Positions 29,884 to 38,400 of a stretch of 40,493 nucleotides of DNA are shown here, piece by piece; position 1 is the first letter of the stretch; every line of letters starts with the position of its first letter. The notes beneath the pieces were generated by a model. The model did not search any database. It was not told the origin of the DNA and saw only the letters and a program-made list of their open reading frames with translations. The DNA is taken from NCBI GenBank assembly GCA_002245135.1, contig NGBS01000343.1:1-40493 (forward strand), read 5' to 3'. The position numbers and the translations under genes are program-made. The DNA comes from Proteromonas lacertae (Eukaryota).

Positions 29884-31361
29884 TTATTTAAATTCAGATG
29901 TAATCCAAGAATAAAACAATTGCTTTTGACATTCATTCTTAAACCCACCTGGTTTGAATGGAGCTTTGATAATTTCACTGAATCCTTCAGATAATTCTGG
30001 TTTCTTATATCCTTTAAAGAATGTCCTTAAAGCAACCATCGGAACATGTCTATTTTCAACCCCATAAGGATCAACAACTCTAAATTGACTTAAATGGAAA
30101 GATATTTCCAGAGTTCTTTCCATATCAACACATCTAACAGGAATTTTGAATGATTTGGCTATATTAATCCATTCAGCTCTATTCTATACAACATAGATAG
30201 AATAATATAATATACTGCAATATCCTTATTAGTATTATCAATAATAACAGACTTACCACTAGAAAGTGCAGCTTTACATGCATTTATACATTTACTCTTT
30301 GTCTTTAAAGTATCTTGATTAATTCTTTCATAATTCTTAAATATATTAACAACTGTACTTTTACCAGCAGCAGGAGGTCCAACTAAAACAACAACTTCCT
30401 GTTTATCGCTTAATTTAATATCAGGAACAACGATTGATGGATCATCAAATGTAAGTGGATCTGTAATCTTATTATTCCACATTCCTGGATCTAAATCAAT
30501 CTTATTCTTACTCTCTTCAAAGAATGCATCTGGAGTAATAAAATTACATCCAATATTCTGTGCAAAGAGATAATCTCCTGGACTAAAATCCTTCTTTCTT
30601 TTTCCAACTATACAAATAAAAACATTATTATTATATAATATACATGCATCTCTACCAGCTGCATCACCACAGTAGAAACTCTTTTCAATATCAACAGGAA
30701 CATCAGAATGAATAAAATTACAGTAGAATTGAAACATTCCAACACAAGGTTTTCTATAAATACTATGCTTTGATACACATGCTAAAATAACTAATGGAAA
30801 TGGTAATAATTTTAAGAACTTCTCAAATCTCTTCTCCATTTGATCAACTGTTACTTTACCTGCTGGAACACCCCCTTGGTTAGAGATAATAGCTATTGAA
30901 TAACCTTTATCATTCAATTCTTTCATTTTATCTATAACATGTGGAAAACTGATTTTATCTGTATTATAATCAAATAAGGTTGAATCAAAATCAAAGCCAT
31001 AGAATACTGATGATTTTAAATTGCATCCAGGAGGATAGTAATAGTATAAATCATCAATTTCATGCCAATTAGTGTCTGGAACAAGAGGTCCACTTAGTTT
31101 TATATTTGGAATTACATTCTCAGATACTCTTGGCTTTGCTGAACCAACTATCCAATTCTTTTTACATTCATTAGTTGAATCTGTTGTAGATTGTGGTTCA
31201 CTTGCAGCTGTTTCAACTTTAGAAGCTTTTTCTGGTGGATTTGAAGATTTATCATCTTTTTCTTCTTCAGAAAGCTTTCTCTTCTGTGGAATGCTTTCCT
31301 CTTTCTCTTCTTTCTTATCAACAACCTTCTTTGAACTTTTTTTACCTCTTTTACCTGCCAT
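29884..31361 (-). CDS. PNKP: Bifunctional polynucleotide 3'-phosphatase/5'-kinase
   Basis: HAD motifs GFDFDSTL, SNQGG, YRKPCVGM and SFYCGDAAGR. Kinase P-loop GPPAAGKST, plus INQDTL and IIDNTN. Two short introns. Confidence 0.95.
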
Positions 31362-31780
31362 TAATTATTGGTTTGATGTAAAAAAGAGTTTTGATACAAA
31401 AATGTGAAAAACACTATAAATTGTTTTTTAAGCTTTTCTCAATAACTGTTTAGAGTATTCAAGAATTAATTTGTCCAAATATGTACTGTGCATAGCACTA
31501 CACATTTATGCACTTAAAATCAAATAACCATTTCTAGTCGATATCCATTATTATAAGTAGAGCGTAATATAATATTATATCTATGAAGGGTGACTTATAC
31601 ATATAACATTTTAGATTTTTTTTCGAATTAAGAATTAAAAGGCAATGAAATATAAAAAATGCTATAGTATTGTTTAAGTGAATGAAACATTGTTGTTTGT
31701 TATCTTATTGACTTAAGCAAACATAATACTATTGCTTCATAGAGTTTTTTTCTCTTAACTCTTACTAATTAAGGAGATAA

Positions 31781-32067
31781 ATGACTATTTATTAATCTGT
31801 TTTCTTTAATTGTTTGCTCCATACCTATCAAATCAAATAGAAATGTAGAATATAATAACATAGATACAGTCGATAAATTTGTTGAAAATAATATAAACAA
31901 AGATATATATGTTAATGTGGATCAATATTGTGAAGACAGCTTAATTATAGCTTTCTTGAGGTACAATATAAAACTTTGTGAGAAATAAATACGAAATTAT
32001 ATCAAGTACAGTATTAAAGTATTATATAAATCAAAAATTTGAAGATGATATTTACATATATGATGAT
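31781..32067 (+). pseudogene. Decayed, signal-peptide-like host ORF apparently cut off by the viral element
   Basis: With frame corrections it reads (M)LFINLFSLIVCSIPIKSNRNVEYNNIDTVDKFVENN...YINQKFEDDIYIYDD. Composition then changes abruptly at 32068. Confidence 0.4.
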
Positions 32068-32141
32068 AGTTCTCTTGACTGAGTTTGGCAAAAGACGTCC
32101 TTTTACGTTTTGTCCTGACCTTTGTCTCATTTTTGCTACGC
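32068..32141. repeat. Candidate left terminus / start of a terminal inverted repeat
   Basis: It starts AGT..., as Polinton ends usually begin with AG. It is GC-richer than the flank and has an imperfect hairpin GGCAAAAGACGT-cctttt-ACGTTTTGTCC. The partner TIR is not in the window. Confidence 0.45.
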
Positions 32142-32835
32142 TTAAGCCTCATTTTCAGATAAGTAACCATCTACTAAGCGTTCTATAACTTGATTATAAC
32201 GTTCAACCTTACCATTCGTTTGAGGATGATAAGGCGAGCTTGTTATCTTTTTGGTATGATAATCTGCCATTAATTCATTCAATATACTGTTGACAAACTC
32301 AGGTCCGTTATCAGATTGAATAATTGATGGGGAGCCAAAAATTCGTATATAACTTTTAATATTTTCTGCTGTTTCTTTGGCACTTTTTGTCTTTTGACAA
32401 TAAATCATAATAAAACTACTATAATGATCAATAATAGATAAAAGTAATTTTTCATTTGAATGATATTTGCTCATATTTATTAAATCAATCAGTATCCTTT
32501 CTCTTGGTGCATGAGATATGATTGGTTGCATTGGATTACTACGACTAATCTTCTTAATTTTGTGACAAACAGCACATGCATTTAAATAGATTCTAATCAT
32601 GTCTCTTTTTATACCAAAATATTTTGCATCACAATTAATATATTGCATCATGAAACGCTCTCTTCTATGCCCATGAGATCTATGAATATCATCCAATATA
32701 TCAAAACTTTCTTCCAATTTCACTACCAACTTATCTTCGAAGTAGAGTTTATTATTCTCGACTTTATACTTTTTAAGTTTGTAATAATTAATGTTATTCA
32801 AATATTTGTCATACTTTTTCTGATCAAATGTCCAT
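32142..32835 (-). CDS. Retroviral-type (rve) DDE integrase with H2C2 zinc finger, Ginger/Polinton-like; C-terminus appears truncated
   Basis: IHRSHGH...CAVC zinc motif; catalytic ILIDL, QSDNGPEF and NGKVE with exact D-35-E spacing. The likely ATG at 32835 needs a 1-nt correction (MTFDQKKYDKYL). Confidence 0.93.
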
Positions 32836-32868
32836 GAGTTTGTGCCACTTAAGCATAATTTAATATAT

Positions 32869-33270
32869 GTATAACCGTAAGAATATCACTGTATATGGGT
32901 AAACCGTACCAGACTATTCTTAGGTGCCTTCTACAGGTAAGAATAAGCGATTTGAGTGTGAATTAGTTTTTGGTACGGGTTATACTGGAGCAAGTGGTGA
33001 ATTTAAAATTGTGTATATATTTTAGTGTGTGAATAAATTTATGGGTTAAAATTTATTTTTATATTTTTAATAGTTTTTAGCGTAGGATAGTAGAAATAAA
33101 GTGTATAAATAGATAGGTAGCTACCTGTTCTACCCCGGCAGGGTAGCTACTTTATAGAATAAGAAATGTATTTCTATGTAAGTAAGTAGCGTGTCCTGTG
33201 TAGCCTGACTAGGACTTAGTGATTAAATAGTGTGGTGGCCAAGCTACAGAATGCGTTCTTACTTTTTTTT
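32869..33270 (+). ncRNA. Candidate structured non-coding RNA or structured cis-element inside the viral element
   Basis: Nested stems: 32904-32911/32971-32978, 32915-32922/32938-32945, 33032-33040/33049-33057, 33091-33098/33169-33176, 33117-33125/33142-33150, 33180-33194/33251-33264 and 33199-33204/33243-33248. G-U pairs favour the + strand. Followed by T8-GG-T8. Confidence 0.55.
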
Positions 33271-33503
33271 GGTTTTTTTTCATTTATCAATTTATTTATG
33301 GATTTATATAGTGTAGTTAAAAACATTCAAAAGAATTTAAATAGTGTCAAAAATATATATTTAAAGAATTATCTACAGTATTCTATATTTTTTACTAAAT
33401 CGAAATTCTGACGAGAAACTGTTGTTATAAACAGAAAAAAGAAACAGTTTTGATTTTCCTGATATTTTAGAAAAAACCGTTTCTTATCAAAAAATATATA
33501 AAT

Positions 33504-33983
33504 ATGTGTGCTTCAGTAAACTTTGCTTTCTTTTGTTCATTTAGAAATAATGAAGATTATTTAGATAAGTGTATATGTGGAACATGTAAGTTTTACTTAT
33601 ATTTTAACCATAACATAAGTGCAGTTTTAGATAGCCCATTACCTAAGGAAGAGATAAAGTCTTATAATGAATTCTGTGCTATTTGCCATCAAAAGATGTG
33701 GACAAAGTATAGTGATAAGAGATATTACATGATGCTTTTCGATATTAAACCATCAGTAAAACCAAGAGGATTAAATAGACATTATTTTGCAGTGTTCGAT
33801 AAGTATATTGAGTGGTTAACACTACCTGAAGGAATGGGAAGTGTTCATTTGAAGAAGAATCCTATGTTGAAACATTATGTAAAGAAGAATTATATATTTG
33901 ATGATAGTGATGATGAGGAAGAAGAAGAAGTACAAGAAGAAGTTAAAGGAAATAATGATCAAACTACGATAAACATAGTCTAA
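33504..33983 (+). CDS. Viral Cys-rich, putative zinc-binding protein with an acidic tail, function unknown
   Basis: Intronless 159-aa ORF with CICGTC and CAIC and a DDSDDEEEEE tail. Confidence 0.7.
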   Translation: MCASVNFAFFCSFRNNEDYLDKCICGTCKFYLYFNHNISAVLDSPLPKEEIKSYNEFCAICHQKMWTKYSDKRYYMMLFDIKPSVKPRGLNRHYFAVFDKYIEWLTLPEGMGSVHLKKNPMLKHYVKKNYIFDDSDDEEEEEVQEEVKGNNDQTTINIV

Positions 33984-34114
33984 ATTTTAAAACGAATCTT
34001 TATTTTAAAATGATTTGGGACAGGGTTTAAAAATATGCGTAATTTAATAAAAATCACATAATATAATAAAAAAATAATAAAAATAATAATAAACATAATA
34101 AATTCATATTAAAA

Positions 34115-34996
34115 CTATAATAAAGATTGATCATTAGGGTAAACATGTCTTAAACCAAAATCTATAATCTTTGTATCAATTGTTTGAGGTAATATTGCTT
34201 GATACTGATCACCTTCACATCCATCACTTTCTAACCATAATAGAACTTTATTTTCATTAAAATGATATAAATAAAAATTACAAGATAATTTTTGAGGTGG
34301 GGTAACACTATTGTTATGAATCTCTATAGGGAATGGTACTGCATTAGATCCATCATTAGGGTATTGATTATATAAATGATCAAAAAATGAATAGAATTTA
34401 TCATCTGAACTATATTTAGGATATAAAAGAGAATCATTATCTAAACATAAACGAATTTTACGAAGTTGTCTATTACCACTAAATATTTGACATAATTTTA
34501 ATGTTTTAATTCTCATAAAATTTGGGAAGATTGTAACTGTAATAGGTATACGATCAATTATTTGTTCATTATACTTATTATTACCTAAATCTTCTTTTAA
34601 CGATACAGTCCATGTAGTATAATACTTACCTAATATAGTAGGAAATATTATATTCATAGTTTTGCAATGTTTATAGATAGAATACATAAACTTACCACTT
34701 TTGTTCTTCATAAAATCTTCATAATCATTTTGATAATAATATGTTCCAAGTGTCTCTTTACTAATATATTCATTATTTTCATTATTATATGATAATGTTG
34801 TGACTGCACTTAATGTACTAGTAATTTTATTATCACATCCACTTATTTTAATATTACATTTTTCAATTTCATCATTGATGGGTTTAACAATAGTATCAGG
34901 ATCAGTAGGTTGTATATTTATTTTGTCAGCTATATCTTTAGCAAGCTTATCTGTATCAATATTTATATCTGAAGTATTTCGTTCCCCAATAAACAT
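34115..34996 (-). CDS. Viral protein of unknown function (short coiled coil followed by a beta-rich C-terminus; possible fibre-like protein)
   Basis: Intronless ORF co-oriented just downstream of the ATPase. First true ATG is at 34996 (MFIGERN). Confidence 0.7.
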   Translation of the reverse strand: MFIGERNTSDINIDTDKLAKDIADKINIQPTDPDTIVKPINDEIEKCNIKISGCDNKITSTLSAVTTLSYNNENNEYISKETLGTYYYQNDYEDFMKNKSGKFMYSIYKHCKTMNIIFPTILGKYYTTWTVSLKEDLGNNKYNEQIIDRIPITVTIFPNFMRIKTLKLCQIFSGNRQLRKIRLCLDNDSLLYPKYSSDDKFYSFFDHLYNQYPNDGSNAVPFPIEIHNNSVTPPQKLSCNFYLYHFNENKVLLWLESDGCEGDQYQAILPQTIDTKIIDFGLRHVYPNDQSLL

Positions 34997-35040
34997 TTTT
35001 TGAATTAATAAACAATAAAATAACAAAATTAATAAAAACA

Positions 35041-35802
35041 TCAAGAAACTTCAGAATGATCTTCAATCAAAATATTAAAGTTAGCTCTAAACACTTTTTT
35101 AACATTATCAATATATAAGAAGTTATATTGTGGCTTAGTAACAGCTAAATATAACTCTTTAAATGTTTCATATTCAGGTATCCATATATTCAATGAGTTG
35201 TATAAGTCAAACAAATTTCTATTACTCAATCCATAAAATGTTAAACAATAATCTACTTGTGATCTTGCTGAAGGTACTATATCAGTAATATATTGACTAC
35301 TAATTATAATTTTTGATTTTAAATGTCTATTTTCTTTCATTAATACTGGTATGATATTAGCTGTTTTCAACTCTAAACTAAGATCATCAAATATTATAAT
35401 ATGTTCTGCATACTCAAAATTATCTTTGTTTGTATCATCAATTGATTTCATTAACTTCTCTACTAAATTATCTCCTGAATAAGGTTCAAATAATGAATCG
35501 TTTTCATCATAACTAATTTCATTATAATCTAATAACTCTTTAATTGAATCATATATCCTATCTTGTTTAATTGTGCCTACGAAAAAATGTACATGTTGTT
35601 TTTTCTTATATTTTGGATCTATAATATGTCTTAATATATTGTATATCAAAGTGGTTTTCCCACTGTTCTTACGAGCTACAATAAATATATTGCAGAAAGG
35701 CTCATTAAAGTAATCATATCCCAGAATTTTCTTAGGATCAAAAGACTCACCACCATCAACAGGTTCAATTTGTATATTATTTATTTTTTCAAATTTAAAC
35801 AT
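35041..35802 (-). CDS. A32/FtsK-HerA-family genome packaging ATPase
   Basis: Walker A IVARKNSGKTT, Walker B IIIFDD, arginine-finger ENRH and sensor IISSQY; 253 aa. Confidence 0.93.
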   Translation of the reverse strand: MFKFEKINNIQIEPVDGGESFDPKKILGYDYFNEPFCNIFIVARKNSGKTTLIYNILRHIIDPKYKKKQHVHFFVGTIKQDRIYDSIKELLDYNEISYDENDSLFEPYSGDNLVEKLMKSIDDTNKDNFEYAEHIIIFDDLSLELKTANIIPVLMKENRHLKSKIIISSQYITDIVPSARSQVDYCLTFYGLSNRNLFDLYNSLNIWIPEYETFKELYLAVTKPQYNFLYIDNVKKVFRANFNILIEDHSEVS

Positions 35803-35873
35803 AGTGTGTGTATATATATATTATGTAGTGAGAAATCAAAAAATAAAAATAGAAGTCAATAATAAAGTGTTAT

Positions 35874-37295
35874 TTATACTACTTTCTCAACACCTCTTGG
35901 TCCAATAACTAATTGTTTACCTGTAATAATATAGAATTTATGATGAATTGTATAAGTATTTTTTGCAGTATCAAAATCATGATTTGAGCAATCCAAAGTA
36001 ATTTTTAAATCACTTGCTAAGTCTTTACCAGCTCTTAATTTTAATTCAGTTAATCGATCAGTACTGAAATTTAATACATCAAAGAATCTATAAGGGAATG
36101 AATATGCTGAACATTTTTCATATAATGTATTTTGAATAATATTTCTCATATATTCCCAAGTTTGGTATTTTGCAGGATATAAATAATCAGGAGTATAGAC
36201 AAAATCATTAATTTGCCATCTAATTCTATCTTCTTCTTTATCAAAAGGAACTATAGTTCTTATATAAGCATCATTTATGTATGCTCTGTATAATATAAAC
36301 TTAACATAACTTCCAATGCTGCTATTAATACTGAAGTTATAGTTAAAAGTACTATTACCTGGAATAGGATCTTTAGTTATTTGAACTATGTTAAAATCAG
36401 TAAAGTCAATAGGATGATGAGTTGAATAATTGATGGTATTGGCATTGCAAGTTGGATCTTTGTTATAACAAACATAAAGATGAGGATTAACTATTTTCAT
36501 TCCTAAAAATGCTTGCCATTGGTTTATATATTTATCTCCATCATTATGATGAACCCAATTCATTATAGGTGCAAATGTGAATTGTATGTATATTACTTCA
36601 CCAAAATAAATATCATTCTTCAAAGCTAAAATAGTATTGTATATGTCTGCAAAATGAAATCTACACAGTATTTGACCATGTAATGTATCTGTCATACCAT
36701 TTTGCATTACATAATAATTTTGAACACCTCCACTTGGATTTAATGTATTAGCTGAATGACATAATAAATTTTCACCTATTTTTTGATTTGCAGTATTAAA
36801 TCCTAAACCATCAAATATTTTCTTGTAATAATCTGGTTCTTTTAAATCATAAGGAAATTGATTTGCAATTTCATGAGCTAAATCTCTATATTCATTATAA
36901 CTAGTATCCAAATCACATAGCAAAGTTCCTGTTTTGTTGTATACTTTTAATGTACCAAAATTCATAGTATTCTTCAATGTTAGTTTATCTAAATTATTTG
37001 CACTAGTATCTCTTTTAGGTACAAAAGGCATATCCCAATTACCTGAATCTGCAGCAGCATGAGCTCTAGTTTGACCTGTAGTATAATCTAATATGAATTC
37101 AAAATAGCTTTTTGATAAGTTAACACAATTATCACCAGATATTTCAAATGTAATAGCATCACTGTTTGAATTTAAAGATAAAACAGTCTCATTCCTGCTT
37201 TGGTTTGGAGTAACTAAAATATGGTTGTAAATTGGTATGTAAGCTGGCACAATGCTTTCATGCTTTTGTGAATTAGGTATAGCAGTGATTGACAT
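35874..37295 (-). CDS. Probable double jelly-roll major capsid protein
   Basis: 473-aa beta-rich ORF between the minor capsid gene and the ATPase. N-terminal ITFEISGDNCVNLSKSYFEF resembles the IxFxI...DLsxSYl pattern of PLV/Polinton MCPs. Confidence 0.82.
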   Translation of the reverse strand: MSITAIPNSQKHESIVPAYIPIYNHILVTPNQSRNETVLSLNSNSDAITFEISGDNCVNLSKSYFEFILDYTTGQTRAHAAADSGNWDMPFVPKRDTSANNLDKLTLKNTMNFGTLKVYNKTGTLLCDLDTSYNEYRDLAHEIANQFPYDLKEPDYYKKIFDGLGFNTANQKIGENLLCHSANTLNPSGGVQNYYVMQNGMTDTLHGQILCRFHFADIYNTILALKNDIYFGEVIYIQFTFAPIMNWVHHNDGDKYINQWQAFLGMKIVNPHLYVCYNKDPTCNANTINYSTHHPIDFTDFNIVQITKDPIPGNSTFNYNFSINSSIGSYVKFILYRAYINDAYIRTIVPFDKEEDRIRWQINDFVYTPDYLYPAKYQTWEYMRNIIQNTLYEKCSAYSFPYRFFDVLNFSTDRLTELKLRAGKDLASDLKITLDCSNHDFDTAKNTYTIHHKFYIITGKQLVIGPRGVEKVV

Positions 37296-37348
37296 AATTT
37301 ATGTTATTTTAAAAGATTAAAAAATACTTAAAAATAGCAAGAAATTTA

Positions 37349-38321
37349 TTAATACAAAATAATCTCAAAATAAATAGGTAAGTTTTTTAAATAAATTGCA
37401 TAACCATCTTGTTGTGTGACTGATATAGTCATTCGTTGATATTCGTGATATTGCATCTTCTTAGCTGTCCATTCAATTTGTGGATTAGTGAATGTGGTGT
37501 AGTTAGTATTAAGATCTTTCACAGGTATGTTAGCTAAAACCATTGAATTCTCACCACTATTAACCCAGTCACATCTAATTTGTATGAATGACACCCAAAT
37601 TAAAGACGGTTGATTAGGCAATATTTTGTCATATTCTATATCAATATTATTAAAAAATGCTTCAATTGGAGCTGCTGTATGATAAATATCTAACTTTTTG
37701 TTCATCTCATCTACACCATATAACTTATAAACTAAGTTAGGGAATTCAATGCTAAAATCTGTGAAATATAATCTACCAAAATGAGTTAAGTATTTGAATT
37801 TTAAGTGTAATCTATTTTCTGAACTTTCACTAAATTGAAGTATATCTGTTTGATCATCTATTTTACGAAACGGATAGTTTTGTGAAAGATCTTCATCTGG
37901 CAATGGTCCTGCTGCACCTGCCTATTTCTGCAAAACTTAACGATAGTAACTTATTACTAAAAAATTCTAATAATTCTTTACCAGTATAATTTCTTTGAGG
38001 TATTTTAGCATCAATAGTTTTATAATAAGGTCCAAGCTGATTCTCAGGTTTTTCCCATTCTGCTGGATTTGTTTTATCTGGATTTATGCATTCGTAGTAA
38101 GTGAAATTAAAGAGAATATGATCATTTACTTCATCTTGTACTGTATAGAAGTTATTTGGAATAACTGCAGTAATTAAACTCATATATTGATATTTTTCAG
38201 TAATAGTTGGAGTATTAATACATCTAACCCATTTATTAGATAATTTTTCATTATAGTCTGATGTTGTTAAGAACAATGTTCTTCTATTAGCTAATATGTT
38301 GTTACTATCTTTTGGTTGCAT
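37349..38321 (-). CDS. Probable minor capsid (penton, single jelly-roll) protein split by one frameshift near 37920
   Basis: SLITAVIPNNFYTV...IPQRNYTGKEL in the N-half and FIQIRCDWV...VLANIPV...ISVTQQDG...PIYFEIILY in the C-half. Removing one base fuses the two ORFs into ~323 aa. Confidence 0.8.
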
Positions 38322-38400
38322 TATGTTTTATAATTGTTGAGAAATATTAAAATATAATTTTATTTGAATTATTCTTTAATTTATATATTGTTATATATAT

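Noticed and set aside
32142..32835. Integrase as part of an LTR retrotransposon
   Set aside because: No gag, protease, RT, RNase H or LTRs nearby; the neighbours are capsid and packaging genes.
32140..32854. CTTAAGC on both sides of the integrase as element ends or a target duplication
   Set aside because: Only 7 bp with no adjoining inverted repeats; compatible with chance.
32905..32970. CAGACTA...TAGTT as group I intron P7
   Set aside because: No P3/P4/P6 elements or flanking exons are recognisable, and the pairing is explained by a simple extended stem.
32986..32997. TGGAGCAAGTGG as a Pol III A box or tRNA
   Set aside because: No B box (GTTCRA) or cloverleaf downstream; too weak to call.
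33195..33250. Hammerhead or pistol ribozyme (CTGAC..., TTAAATAG)
   Set aside because: No CUGANGA/GAAA core and no downstream pseudoknot partner as pistol requires.
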